A stretch of 64,000 nucleotides of DNA, from contig CAXXXD010000004.1 in assembly GCA_963663385.2 (NCBI GenBank), positions 1,120,001 through 1,184,000 on the forward strand, written 5' to 3'. The notes under the pieces are model-generated. The model saw only the letters and a list, made by a program, of their open reading frames with translations. It searched no databases and was not told where the DNA came from. Position numbers and translations under genes: made by a program. The DNA comes from Oceanispirochaeta sp. GTDB lineage: Bacteria; Spirochaetota; Spirochaetia; DSM-2461. How positions within the stretch are numbered: the stretch's first letter is position 1; each line of letters starts with the position of its first letter. Below, one piece after another: positions 39,957-50,350 of the stretch.

Positions 39957-40032
39957 GGTCTTATCATAAAGGAAAACAGGGGTTTTGAAAAATAGAATTC
40001 CAATTTGGGGCATATAGGGTTACTCTTAGGTC

Positions 40033-41667
40033 ATGAGTGATACCGATGTAGCAATCCTGCAGATAAAGAACAGGCTTAACCAGGAATTTGACCAGGCCAT
40101 TGAAGAGTGTCTTCTGGAAAAACTGCCTGTTAAACAGGCACTCGGCAAGGTCCTTCCCGTGCTCTGCCGGAATATAGGCGCCCAGGATGTTCTTATCAGA
40201 ACAATCGATGAAAATATGAAGCAGATCTCCTTAAAATCCGGAAACTTCAAACCCGAATGGTCTGCCATGGTCCCCAGGGAATTCCCTGAAAAGGAATTTG
40301 AACCTCAGGTATCCGATCTGGTGGAAGCCCGTCTTATTGTGGGTTCCCTGGATGTGGTGGATCAGGTAATCGGTGTATGCGGTTTTATTTTCAGAGAAAA
40401 AATGTCTCCGGAGGAACTGGCAATAAAGGCCCATCTGGTTGATACGGCGGCGGAGATGCTGGATAACTACCTGGAGGGAATCGCCTCCAATGCCCGTAAA
40501 CAGAGTATCACCATGTATTCCACGGAGGCCCTGCGGAACCGTATATTTGAAGCCGGGGCCGACAGGGCGGTAGCCCACCTCTGCGACGAATTGAAAATTG
40601 ATCAGTTTATTCTCCTTTACGGGGATATGGACAGCGCTGCCGGGGAAGATCTCCGTTACCGGTTTTATGTGCATGGCGTAATGGAGCATAACTCCATTGA
40701 TTCTCCCCAGCCCCGTTTCCTGGCTGCGCTGGATAACAAGGAGAAGGCTCTTGATGAAAAGGACCGTTCCTTTTCGGAGCTGCTCGGATCGGAGGGGGTA
40801 ATCGAAAAGGCTCTGCACAACGGTTTGAATCACAGCCTGATCGGCAAGCTCATACTGAAACCCCAGGGGGGAGGGCTCAATCCTGAAAGCATGGATATTA
40901 TCCGGATTTTCGCGGAGTGCCTCTGCCAGCGGCTTTTTGACTATAACCGGGAAAGACGCTACCTGGCCAGGTGCTTCTGCGCCGGGGATGTGCAGCGCCT
41001 TTTAAGTGAACCGGATTTTTACAATAAGTACCTCAGCCCCCGGGAGGAGGATATTGTTATACTCTATACGGATATTACCTCTTTTACGTCCATCTGTGAA
41101 AAAGTGCTTGGGAGCGCTTCTGAAATCGGAGATCTGGTTAACAGCTGGTCCCGGATGATCCTGGATATTCTCTACCGGCATGACGGGGTGTTCGACAAGA
41201 TGGTGGGGGACTGCGTTATCGGGCTGTTCGGTCCTCCCTTTTTCGAATCGGATATGGAAAAACGGGTCAGGGATGCCCTGTCGGCATCGGAAGAGATTGT
41301 ACGGGAGACCATTGCCCTGGGAAAGAGACTCGGACTGGAGGACAGGATCCGCGAGGCCGGCGCGGCGGATCACCTGACCACATCCAACGGGATTCACAGC
41401 GGGCCCACGTCTGTCGGATTCTTCGGCCCCAACGAAGACTATACGGGTTTCTCCTCAGCCATGAACCATGCCGCCCGGCTTCAGGGGCATGCCGCGGCGG
41501 GGGATGTGCTTATTACCGAGAGCGCCCTGGCCCATCTGGAAGGGGGGCCTCTGGGGTTCGCTCTGCCGGGAGGCGGTTCGGTTGATTTTGAAGGCCCCCG
41601 GATGATTGTGGTTAAAAATGTGAGCGAGCCTCTTGACTACTACCGCTGCGTGTTTAACAGAGAGTAG
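40033..41667 (+). CDS. Class III adenylate/guanylate cyclase with N-terminal cytoplasmic sensor region
   Basis: LYTDITSFT, DKMVGDCV, GIHSG, MNHAARLQ, VKN. Confidence 0.85.
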   Translation: MSDTDVAILQIKNRLNQEFDQAIEECLLEKLPVKQALGKVLPVLCRNIGAQDVLIRTIDENMKQISLKSGNFKPEWSAMVPREFPEKEFEPQVSDLVEARLIVGSLDVVDQVIGVCGFIFREKMSPEELAIKAHLVDTAAEMLDNYLEGIASNARKQSITMYSTEALRNRIFEAGADRAVAHLCDELKIDQFILLYGDMDSAAGEDLRYRFYVHGVMEHNSIDSPQPRFLAALDNKEKALDEKDRSFSELLGSEGVIEKALHNGLNHSLIGKLILKPQGGGLNPESMDIIRIFAECLCQRLFDYNRERRYLARCFCAGDVQRLLSEPDFYNKYLSPREEDIVILYTDITSFTSICEKVLGSASEIGDLVNSWSRMILDILYRHDGVFDKMVGDCVIGLFGPPFFESDMEKRVRDALSASEEIVRETIALGKRLGLEDRIREAGAADHLTTSNGIHSGPTSVGFFGPNEDYTGFSSAMNHAARLQGHAAAGDVLITESALAHLEGGPLGFALPGGGSVDFEGPRMIVVKNVSEPLDYYRCVFNRE

Positions 41668-42739
41668 ATTCCCTTTCGATCAGCTGCCCGTCTATCAGGT
41701 AGCGCTTGGGAGAGGATGAGGGATTCTTAAAGCGCAGGTTCATCAGATCCACAGCCATATGACCGATCTCCTCCCAGTCAACTTCAACAGAAGAGAGTGA
41801 CACCTTCAGATGCCTGGCGTAGCGTGTGTTTCCGAAACCGGCAATCTGCATGTCTTCGGGAATCCTGATCTCCCTGTCCAGCATATCCGTCATCATGTCG
41901 GCGGCCAGTGAATCGGATGTACAGAAAAGGGCATCCACTCCCTCCGAACGGATTGCCTCTATCTCCTTTATGTAAGATCGGCTGTCTCTGTCCAGGATCA
42001 GGGTGCTGCAGGGTTTATCTTCTTCGTTAGCCGCTTCCTTGAACCCTTTTATCAGCAGGGTATTGAGTACAGGGCTCTCCCTGTCCCAGCAGACGGCCGG
42101 ATGAAGGGCTCCGCTTTTTAAAAATATTTTTCCGATTCTGTAGCCGATTGAATAACTGTCAATTCCGACAAAATCATGTTCTATTTCAAGAGGGAAATTT
42201 GACAAATTCCGGTAGAGAATCTGAACCGGTATGCCCGCATCCTGAAAAAGACTTATCATTTCGTAATACTTTTCTCTGGGGATATCCGAGGCGGGGTAAA
42301 GGAAAATCCCTGCTACTTTCTGACGGATATACTTATGGCAGAAATCAAATGACTGCTGTATCCGTTCTTCTATGGAGCCAATCAGGGCTCCCGACCAGAT
42401 AAGGGTGTAATCCTGGGATTCGCAGGAGCGGGCAATCTGGGAATAAAGGGGTTCCAGCATCTCGTTACGGCCGATATCCGGCACGAGAAGGGCCATGAAG
42501 CGCTCTTCCTCATCTTCGGGAACATTCTTAACAAAAGTCCCCACGCCGACTTTCCGTTCAATAAGACCCTCATCCTGCAGTTCATTCAGGGCCTTGGCAA
42601 CGGTCGGGCGGGATATGCCGTACTCCTCCACAAGCATGAATTCCGTAGGCAGCTGCTCCCCTTTCTTATAGATACCGGTCTGTATCTTTTTAAAGAGATC
42701 ATTGTAAATTATTCGGTTCTTCGATTCTCTGCTGCTCAT
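41654..42739 (-). CDS. GntR HTH + LacI-type sensor regulator (AraR-like)
   Basis: GEQLPTE, ISRPTVAKAL, GVGTFV, IPEDMQIAGF, LIEREST. Confidence 0.85.
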   Translation of the reverse strand: MSSRESKNRIIYNDLFKKIQTGIYKKGEQLPTEFMLVEEYGISRPTVAKALNELQDEGLIERKVGVGTFVKNVPEDEEERFMALLVPDIGRNEMLEPLYSQIARSCESQDYTLIWSGALIGSIEERIQQSFDFCHKYIRQKVAGIFLYPASDIPREKYYEMISLFQDAGIPVQILYRNLSNFPLEIEHDFVGIDSYSIGYRIGKIFLKSGALHPAVCWDRESPVLNTLLIKGFKEAANEEDKPCSTLILDRDSRSYIKEIEAIRSEGVDALFCTSDSLAADMMTDMLDREIRIPEDMQIAGFGNTRYARHLKVSLSSVEVDWEEIGHMAVDLMNLRFKNPSSSPKRYLIDGQLIERESTLC

Positions 42740-42810
42740 AGATCAATTTGTACCTGGAAGCTTATCAATTAATTTGACAAATGAATAGACTCCTAATATC
42801 ATCACGTTAA

Positions 42811-44325
42811 ATGGATCCAATTCTTTCTCTATCAAACATCTCCCGTTCCTTTGCATCTGTACCGGTTTTAAAGGGTATCTCACTCCAGTTCCATCCCGGG
42901 GAAATTCACTCCATTGTGGGAGAAAACGGGGCAGGTAAGACAACGCTGGTACACATTATAAGCGGACTTCTGAAACCTGACAATGGAGAAATTCTTGTAT
43001 CCGGCCGGTACTGGTCCTCCCTATCCTATCAGACTGCTTTGAAAATGGGCATACTTATTGTCCGGCAGGATTTGATCATGCCCGAAGAGGCAACACTGTC
43101 CGAGTATATCTATATGGGGCGGGAACCGGGACGGTTCGGCCTGGTGGATTATCCGCAGATGGAGAACGCCACCAGTGAAATCCTCTCCCGTCTGCAGCTG
43201 GACCTCTCCCCCCATTCCAGGGTGGGGCAGCTGAATCTGGCGGAGAAGCGGCTTGTTGCTGTTGCCCGGGCGGTCTCGCTGTCTCCGAAGGTTCTGATAC
43301 TGGATGAAGCTACCAATTTTTTCTCTTCCGCGGAGGATGAAAAATTCACCAGGCTGATCAGGATCCTCCGGGACGAGGGAATGTGCGTTGTCCATATAAG
43401 CCATAAACTGGACGAGGTAATGCGCATATCAGACCGTATTACCATCCTGCGGGACGGAGAGCATGTTAAAACCCTTCCTACAGGTGAATTGACCCGTGAT
43501 GAAGTGATAACCTACATGGTCGGGAGGGAGCGTAACCATACCTATTACTGGATTCCCCACTACCCCTCGGGAGATAATATCCTTCATGTTGAGAATCTTA
43601 CATTCGGAAAACGTATCCGGGATATCAGTTTCAACCTGAGAGAGGGGGAGGTCCTGGGCCTGGCCGGGCTGGTCGGTTCCGGGAGGACCACAATCGGGCG
43701 TATCCTGTTCGGTCTGGACCATCCGGATCAGGGACGTATCCGGATAAGGGGAGAAGAACGGGTTATTGCAAAACCGGCGGATGCCATGGATGCGGGGATT
43801 GCCTATATTTCCGATGACAGGCATAAATTCGGAATTCTGGAGCAGCAGTCGCTGGGGTTTAACCTGACCATCAATATTCTGAAAAGGATGAGCCGTTTTT
43901 TTTATGTGGTAAAGAAGAAGGAACGCTCCGCCATATCCGATGCCATGGAAAAGTACGTTCTCAGGCGCTATCGGCCGGATCAGGTCCTGAAAACCCTGAG
44001 CGGCGGCACACAGCAGAAAGTTTCCTTTGCCCGGTGTACCTCCGAAATGCCGGATATCCTGATTGTGGATGAACCTACCAGGGAAATTGATCTGGAAGGT
44101 CAGAAGGAGATCTACAGGATTATCAATAACCTGGCCGCCCAGAAGGTAGGGGTCATCCTTATCTCTTCGGTGCTGGGGGATCTGATGAACAACTGCGACC
44201 GCATCCTGGTTCTCAAATCCGGAAAGATTGTCAGGGAGATGAGAAAAGCCGAGTTTAATGAGGAGATGATTATGCACTATGCTATCGATTCCCGGCTGTA
44301 TACGGCAGAGGGGGATTTTTCGTGA
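42811..44325 (+). CDS. Monosaccharide ABC ATP-binding protein (RbsA-type)
   Basis: GENGAGKT, GLVGSGRT, LSGGTQQKV, two NBD halves. Confidence 0.88.
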   Translation: MDPILSLSNISRSFASVPVLKGISLQFHPGEIHSIVGENGAGKTTLVHIISGLLKPDNGEILVSGRYWSSLSYQTALKMGILIVRQDLIMPEEATLSEYIYMGREPGRFGLVDYPQMENATSEILSRLQLDLSPHSRVGQLNLAEKRLVAVARAVSLSPKVLILDEATNFFSSAEDEKFTRLIRILRDEGMCVVHISHKLDEVMRISDRITILRDGEHVKTLPTGELTRDEVITYMVGRERNHTYYWIPHYPSGDNILHVENLTFGKRIRDISFNLREGEVLGLAGLVGSGRTTIGRILFGLDHPDQGRIRIRGEERVIAKPADAMDAGIAYISDDRHKFGILEQQSLGFNLTINILKRMSRFFYVVKKKERSAISDAMEKYVLRRYRPDQVLKTLSGGTQQKVSFARCTSEMPDILIVDEPTREIDLEGQKEIYRIINNLAAQKVGVILISSVLGDLMNNCDRILVLKSGKIVREMRKAEFNEEMIMHYAIDSRLYTAEGDFS

Positions 44326-45254
44326 ACAGACACCTTCCCCTCTGTCTTCTTATGCTCCTGCTGCCCGCTCTGATAGGGGCGGCCGGAAGAAAGGAGTTTG
44401 AGGGCCGGACATTTGCGGCTACCTATATGACCCTGAATAACTCGTTCTTTGTGGCTCTGGATGAGAGCATCCGTCAGGCCTGCGAAGAGAACGGGGACCG
44501 TCTTCTTTCCTATAATCCGGAATTTGATCAGGTTCGTCAGATGGATCAGGTGCAGGATATGATTGCCCAGGAAGTGGACGGTATATTTCTGAATCCTGTG
44601 GACTGGAAGGGGATCCGTCCGGTCCTTGAAGAGGCTGATCAGGCGGGTATTCCTGTTTTTGTGGTGGATGCTCCCGTTTATGACAGGGCCCTGGTGGTAT
44701 CGACCATTGCTTCCGACAACAGGATGGCCGGCCGTCTGATTGCCCTGGATCTTCTGGCCCGCAGAAAATCGGCAGACATTGTTCTGTTGGACCATCCCAC
44801 CAACAAGCCTTCCATCGACCGGCTGGAGGGGTTTCTGGAAACCCTGGAAAATCATCCGGAATTCAAGGTGGTGGCCGTCCACAGCGCTTTCGGGACACTG
44901 GAGGGGGCATTTCCCGCAATGGAAAATCTTCTGCAGTCTCATCCTGAACTGACTGTTGTCTTCGGGACGAACGATCCCACTTCCATCGGAGCCATTGCGG
45001 CGCTGGAGGCGGCCCAGAGGCTGGGTGATGTTCTGGTATACGGGATTGACGGATCCCCTGAAGGACAGGCTATGGTCCGGGAGTACAAGATGATGGCTAC
45101 AGCCGCCCAGTCTCCCAGGAGCATGGGGTATACGGCTGTCGAAACGGCCCTCGCCTGGCTGAGGGGAGAAGAGGTCGAAAAGGATATTTCCATTCCGGTT
45201 ACCCTGATAAACAGCGGGAATATCCACCTTTACCCCGAGGGGGAATGGCAGTGA
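44322..45254 (+). CDS. Monosaccharide ABC substrate-binding protein (RbsB-type)
   Basis: LNNSFF, ASDN, NDPTSIGA, GIDG, TAAQSP. Confidence 0.85.
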   Translation: MNRHLPLCLLMLLLPALIGAAGRKEFEGRTFAATYMTLNNSFFVALDESIRQACEENGDRLLSYNPEFDQVRQMDQVQDMIAQEVDGIFLNPVDWKGIRPVLEEADQAGIPVFVVDAPVYDRALVVSTIASDNRMAGRLIALDLLARRKSADIVLLDHPTNKPSIDRLEGFLETLENHPEFKVVAVHSAFGTLEGAFPAMENLLQSHPELTVVFGTNDPTSIGAIAALEAAQRLGDVLVYGIDGSPEGQAMVREYKMMATAAQSPRSMGYTAVETALAWLRGEEVEKDISIPVTLINSGNIHLYPEGEWQ

Positions 45255-45282
45255 TTTCATTGAAAATGCGGGAGGTTTCTCT

Positions 45283-46278
45283 TTGAAAATACTATGGCTG
45301 AATATGGCCGGCGATCCCCGGTCGATTAAGAGTCTGGGGAAGGATTTCGTTGAGGGGGCAAGGCGCTATGCGGCTACACTGGCCGGCCTTTTTTCTCTCT
45401 GTGTTGTAATGACCATTATGAGCCCGATTTTTCTGACATCCGGCAATCTGATGAATATTCTCCGTCAGGTTTCCACAAACGGCATGCTGGCCATGGCTAT
45501 GACCTTTGTTATATTGACCGGAGGGATCGATCTTTCCGTCGGTTCCGTTATGGCTGTAACAGGCACTTTTGCCGCCGGTCTGATATCCCAGTCGGGCTTT
45601 CCGGTCTGGGCTGCGGTTCTTCTGGCCCTTTTTCTGGGTTTTCTGTTTGGTTCCTTTAACGGATTTATCATAGCCAATACGGGTATTCCTCCCTTTATTG
45701 TAACCCTGGCAACCATGAATATTGCCAGGGGACTCGGCTATATCTATACGGGAGGTCTGCCGGTCCGGGCTGTTGAAGCAGCCTACAATAGAATTGGACT
45801 GGGGTATATGGGACCCGTCCCCAATCCGGTCTTCTACCTCTTTGTTTTCTACTTTATTTTCAATTTTCTTCTGAAGAGAACCACCTTCGGCCGCCATGTG
45901 TATGCCATCGGAGACAGTACGGACGCCGCCTTTTTTGCGGGAATCAAGGTGAACCGCATACGTTTTATGGTTTACGCCCTTTCCGGTCTGATTACGGCTT
46001 TTGCGGGGGTTGTCCTTTCGGCGCGCATGTACTCAGGACAGCCCACAGCCGGACAGGGGTTCGAACTGGATGCCATTGCCGCCTGTGTTCTGGGCGGTGT
46101 GAGTATGTCCGGCGGATCAGGACAGCTGGCCGGGACCCTCCTGGGGGCTATGATCATAGGTGTGTTAAACAACGGCCTGAACCTGCTGCATATCAATTCT
46201 TTCTGGCAGCTTGTCGTCAAAGGGCTGGTTATTCTGGTTGCCGTATATCTGGATGATCTGAAAAAGAAACGGGTTTAA
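45283..46278 (+). CDS. Monosaccharide ABC permease (RbsC-type)
   Basis: [40 protein letters not shown] start with GGAGG SD. Confidence 0.9.
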   Translation: MKILWLNMAGDPRSIKSLGKDFVEGARRYAATLAGLFSLCVVMTIMSPIFLTSGNLMNILRQVSTNGMLAMAMTFVILTGGIDLSVGSVMAVTGTFAAGLISQSGFPVWAAVLLALFLGFLFGSFNGFIIANTGIPPFIVTLATMNIARGLGYIYTGGLPVRAVEAAYNRIGLGYMGPVPNPVFYLFVFYFIFNFLLKRTTFGRHVYAIGDSTDAAFFAGIKVNRIRFMVYALSGLITAFAGVVLSARMYSGQPTAGQGFELDAIAACVLGGVSMSGGSGQLAGTLLGAMIIGVLNNGLNLLHINSFWQLVVKGLVILVAVYLDDLKKKRV

Positions 46279-46294
46279 AGAGCGGGGCCCTCTC

Positions 46295-46316
46295 CCCCCC
46301 CGGCTTCGCTCGGGGG
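46295..46316 (+). repeat. Short palindromic intergenic repeat, copy 5
   Basis: CCCCCCCGGCTTCGCTCGGGGG within a larger hairpin between convergent permeases. Confidence 0.55.
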
Positions 46317-46339
46317 CCAAGGGAGAAGGTCCGCCTGTG

Positions 46340-47296
46340 TCAGTGCCGCAGACGGGCGGTTCTGAACTTATCGATAATAACAGCGATGATAATGACAATA
46401 CCTCTTATAACCAGCTGCCAGAAGTAGGAAATGTTCATAATGGTAAGACCGTTGTTCAGAAAGGCTATAATCAGGGCTCCCAGCAGGGTTCCGAATATGC
46501 CTCCCAGTCCTCCGGTCATACTGGTTCCCCCCAGGATAACCGCCGCAATGGCATCCAGTTCATACCCCTGTCCCAAAAGGCCGTTGGCGCTGTAGAGACG
46601 GCTGGAGAGCATAACCCCCGCCAGTCCGGATAACAGACCGCTCAAACCGTAGACGACCAGCATAATCTGCCAGGTTTTAATCCCCGTCAGTTTTGCCGCT
46701 TCTTCATTTCCACCAACTGCATAGATCCTAACGCCCGTAACGGTACGTCTTAAAAGAAACCACATGGCCAGGATAACAATCAGGGCTATCACCGTCAGCC
46801 AGGGGAGGGGACCGAGGTATTCATTCCCCACCCAGGCGTAGTTCAGATCGTTATTGATAACGGTTGTCCCGTTGGCCAGAAGGTATGCCGCCCCGCGGAA
46901 GGCTGTCATGGAACCCAGGGTAACGATAAAGGGAGGGAGTCCTACAAAGGAGATCAGGGCTCCGTTTATCACACCGATGAACAGACCGAACACCAGCCCC
47001 AGGGGGATGGCCAGGGGGGACAGGGCCGGATGCAGGGATACCGCTACCGAGATGACTGCCGAAGAGGCCAGAATGGATCCCACCGAAAGGTCTATTCCTC
47101 CGGTCAGGATGACAAGGGTCATTCCTGATGCCAGCACGATATTGATAGAGGCCTGTCTCAGGACATTTGTCATATTATGAGTAGACAAAAAATTCTCATT
47201 CAGTAAGGAAAAAAGCAGGATAATCAGAATAAGGATCGGGAAAATCCCCATATTTTTCATAACATTGCTGTTGTTCAGCTTTTTGACGAGAGTCAT
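46340..47296 (-). CDS. Monosaccharide ABC permease (RbsC-type)
   Basis: [34 protein letters not shown]. Confidence 0.9.
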   Translation of the reverse strand: MTLVKKLNNSNVMKNMGIFPILILIILLFSLLNENFLSTHNMTNVLRQASINIVLASGMTLVILTGGIDLSVGSILASSAVISVAVSLHPALSPLAIPLGLVFGLFIGVINGALISFVGLPPFIVTLGSMTAFRGAAYLLANGTTVINNDLNYAWVGNEYLGPLPWLTVIALIVILAMWFLLRRTVTGVRIYAVGGNEEAAKLTGIKTWQIMLVVYGLSGLLSGLAGVMLSSRLYSANGLLGQGYELDAIAAVILGGTSMTGGLGGIFGTLLGALIIAFLNNGLTIMNISYFWQLVIRGIVIIIAVIIDKFRTARLRH

Positions 47297-48831
47297 ACGC
47301 TCTGTCCTCCTTTTACAAAGTTATAGTCCGGAGCCTGAACTCCCGTAGCATAGGAGATAATATTCTCCTGGGTTATTTTTTCTTTATCCGCTATTTCTCC
47401 AACCATTTCGCCTTCCCGCATAACCAGTACGCGCTGGGCGATTCCGACAACTTCGGGCAGTTCGCTGGAGATGAATATGACTGCCACCCCCCGGGACGCC
47501 AGTTCTCCGATGATTCTGTAAATCTCGCTTTTGGCTCCCACATCGACCCCTCTGGTGGGTTCGTCCAGGATAAGGACCCGGGGATTGATCGCCAGCCAGC
47601 GGGCCAGCAGAACTTTCTGCTGATTCCCTCCCGACAGGGAGAGTACTTTAGCCGCCGGAGAGGCTACTTTTATATTCAGGTTAGAAATGGAATCCCTGGA
47701 AAACCGGGCATTGGTGCCTTTGGGCAGGATCCCTTTTGTGGACAGGGTCTGAAGAACATTCATTCCGATATTGTCGCTGACGCTCATATCCAGAAAGAGT
47801 CCCTGGGATTTCCGGTCTTCCGGGACATAACCTATACTATGCCTGATGGCATCTCCCGGTGAATTAATGGATATTTCCTCACCGTCAAGGTATATGGTCC
47901 CGCTTTGGGGGCGGTCTACTCCGAATATCATACGGGCCAGTTCGGTCCGTCCGGCTCCGACCAGACCGGCTACTCCTACAATTTCACCGGCTCCCACTTC
48001 AAACGATATATTTTCAACCAGTTTGCCATCCGAGAAATTCTCAACAATGAAAGTTCCCTTTCGGACATTGGTATTAATTTCATGTTTATAAAAATCATCC
48101 AGGGAGCGTCCTACCATCATGGAGACAATTCTTCCGGGATCTATTTCATCATGTTCCAGTGTCCCAATGTACTCACCGTCTCTCAGGACACTGACTCTGT
48201 CGGCAATCCGGGATACTTCGTTCATTCTGTGACTGATGTATATGACAGAGATTCCCTGGTTCCGCAGAGAGAGTACAACTTCAAAGAGTTTATCCGTTTC
48301 CCTGTCGCTCAGAGCGGCAGTGGGTTCATCCATTATCAGAACCCTGCTTTCATGGTTCAGGGCCCGGGCTATTTCTATCTGCTGCTGTTCGGCTATACTG
48401 AGGCTGCCTGCCGAGTCCCCCGGAGAGAAGGAGGCTCCCAGTTTTTCTAGAATAAGCGCTGATTTTTTCAGCATGGCAGGACGGTCTACCAGTCCCCTGC
48501 GGGATATTTCACTGCCCATAAAAATGTTTTCTGCCACCGTCAGGTTCGGGGCCACGCTTAATTCCTGATAAATCAGATTTACCCCGTGCCGGATAGCTTC
48601 AAGGGGATTGTTTATCTGCACTCTCTGACCGGATAGTTCAATATAACCCTCATCCGCCGAATAAACTCCTGCCAGAATCTTCATCAGAGTACTTTTTCCG
48701 GCGCCGTTTTCTCCCATCAATACATGGACTTCCCCTTTCCGGACTTCCAGGCTGACCCTGTTAAGGGCTCTGACTCCCGGAAACTCCTTGCTGAGTCCAT
48801 TCATCTTCAGGGTAATTTCCGTATTACTCAT
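47293..48831 (-). CDS. Monosaccharide ABC ATP-binding protein (RbsA-type)
   Basis: [40 protein letters not shown]. Confidence 0.92.
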   Translation of the reverse strand: MSNTEITLKMNGLSKEFPGVRALNRVSLEVRKGEVHVLMGENGAGKSTLMKILAGVYSADEGYIELSGQRVQINNPLEAIRHGVNLIYQELSVAPNLTVAENIFMGSEISRRGLVDRPAMLKKSALILEKLGASFSPGDSAGSLSIAEQQQIEIARALNHESRVLIMDEPTAALSDRETDKLFEVVLSLRNQGISVIYISHRMNEVSRIADRVSVLRDGEYIGTLEHDEIDPGRIVSMMVGRSLDDFYKHEINTNVRKGTFIVENFSDGKLVENISFEVGAGEIVGVAGLVGAGRTELARMIFGVDRPQSGTIYLDGEEISINSPGDAIRHSIGYVPEDRKSQGLFLDMSVSDNIGMNVLQTLSTKGILPKGTNARFSRDSISNLNIKVASPAAKVLSLSGGNQQKVLLARWLAINPRVLILDEPTRGVDVGAKSEIYRIIGELASRGVAVIFISSELPEVVGIAQRVLVMREGEMVGEIADKEKITQENIISYATGVQAPDYNFVKGGQSV

Positions 48832-48848
48832 ATATTAAAACCTCATAA

Positions 48849-49079
48849 AAAAGGGCTGTCAAAAAGTGACCTCTGTCACTCTCCCTGCGTTAATTTTCTC
48901 CACGGAACTGGTCACAAGCTTTGCTTGTTGCTCGTTCATGCAACCTGGTTTGCTCATGTACAGAAGTACATTCCGCAACCCTGGATGCTTGACCGGGCAG
49001 CCGGCTTGCCAGTGACCAGGTGGTTCAAAAATTGCCTTGGCAGATCAACAAATCTCGACTTTTTATAGGCAGCCCTTTT
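48849..49079. mobile_element. MITE-like non-coding palindromic element (about 230 bp)
   Basis: Terminal IRs AAAAGGGCTGTC-AAAAAG / CTTTTTATAGGCAGCCCTTTT; nested internal IRs (CTGGTCAC/GTGACCAG); central TGTACAGAAGTACA hairpin. Confidence 0.5.
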
Positions 49080-49091
49080 GTTTTTAGGGGA

Positions 49092-50054
49092 TTATTTACT
49101 GGTCCATCCCTGGAAGCTGTTTACATTTTCTTTTGTAATCAGCTCAACAGGAATCAGGATCAGATCTTCAGCAGGTTTATTACCCTGAATAATATCCCAA
49201 CCGATTTTTACAGCTGTTTCAGCCATGGTATAGGGGTCCTGAGCGGGAGTTGCTTCAAAGATGCTGTCTGCTTCTTTAAGAACCACTTCCGCATCGGGAG
49301 AACCGTCAACACCGACAATAAACATTTCATCCTGTCTTTTTGCCTGTTTGATAGCCAGCTCACAACCGATACCGGTGGGGTCATTGATCGCAAATACAGC
49401 ATCAACCGAATCAAAAGCTGTCAGGAGGTCTGTCATAACTCTCAAGCCCCCGTCACGGCTTCCGCCGGCATTCTGGTTTTCCGAAAGGATGTTGATTCCG
49501 GGGTATTTGGCAAATACCTCTTTCGCCCCGTTTACACGGTCGATTACAGCAGTTACAGGAGGTCCGTTAACGATAATAACGTTTCCGTTTTCTCCGATTT
49601 TATCGATAATGAACTCACCGGCCTGGACCCCGGCCTGATAGTTGTTGGACGTTACTGTAGCGTCAACACCGCCGTCGGCTCCGACATCTGCCGCAATAAC
49701 GATAACTCCGGCGTCCTTGGCTCTGCGTACGGCAGGAGCAATCCCGGCGGAATCCACTGCATTAAGAACGATGATCTGCACACCGTTGGCAATAAAGTTG
49801 TCAATCTGGTTAACCTGTTTGTTCAGGTCGTACTGGGCCGATTCGATATACACTTTTGCATCGTCTCCGCCAATAGCTTTGGCGGCGGCTTTGGCACCTT
49901 CTCCCATCTGGAAGAAAAAGGGGTTCCCGATGTCACCTAAAGTAACACCTACAGCCTTCAGTTTAACTGGTCCTTCAGCAGTTTCCTGCTGACCCGCAGC
50001 GAACGCGCCGAATGAAATTGCAGCAATCAGGAGAATTGTTAATATTCTTTTCAC
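49092..50054 (-). CDS. Monosaccharide/polyol ABC substrate-binding protein
   Basis: Signal peptide AAGQQE, GNPFF, INDPTGIG, GVDG, TPAQDP; GTG start with AGGAGG SD. Confidence 0.88.
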   Translation of the reverse strand: MKRILTILLIAAISFGAFAAGQQETAEGPVKLKAVGVTLGDIGNPFFFQMGEGAKAAAKAIGGDDAKVYIESAQYDLNKQVNQIDNFIANGVQIIVLNAVDSAGIAPAVRRAKDAGVIVIAADVGADGGVDATVTSNNYQAGVQAGEFIIDKIGENGNVIIVNGPPVTAVIDRVNGAKEVFAKYPGINILSENQNAGGSRDGGLRVMTDLLTAFDSVDAVFAINDPTGIGCELAIKQAKRQDEMFIVGVDGSPDAEVVLKEADSIFEATPAQDPYTMAETAVKIGWDIIQGNKPAEDLILIPVELITKENVNSFQGWTSK

Positions 50055-50350
50055 CTGTGCCTCCTTGTTTGATTTGATTTGTAAGGTTATTGTAAATTAG
50101 AATTTCCATTTGTCAACTTATAAATTTACAAATAATCAGCGCAAAGATAGCAAATAGTCGTTATATGTAAAGTTTATACTCTCTGTATCCCTTTTTAAGT
50201 CGTTAAGGGGAAAAGTTTTGTGTAAAATTTATTTCAGGGAAGCATCCTGTTGTAAAAAAATATGTTTGTAATGTAAATTAAATGACAAGGGGGCGAAGTT
50301 TCAGGCCTGAGCGGCTGATTCCTTCACCCCCGATAGGCGGAGCCTGTGTT

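Noticed and set aside
50070..50135. TTTGT...ACAAA motifs as AraR-like operators
   Set aside because: AT-rich and too degenerate to define by eye
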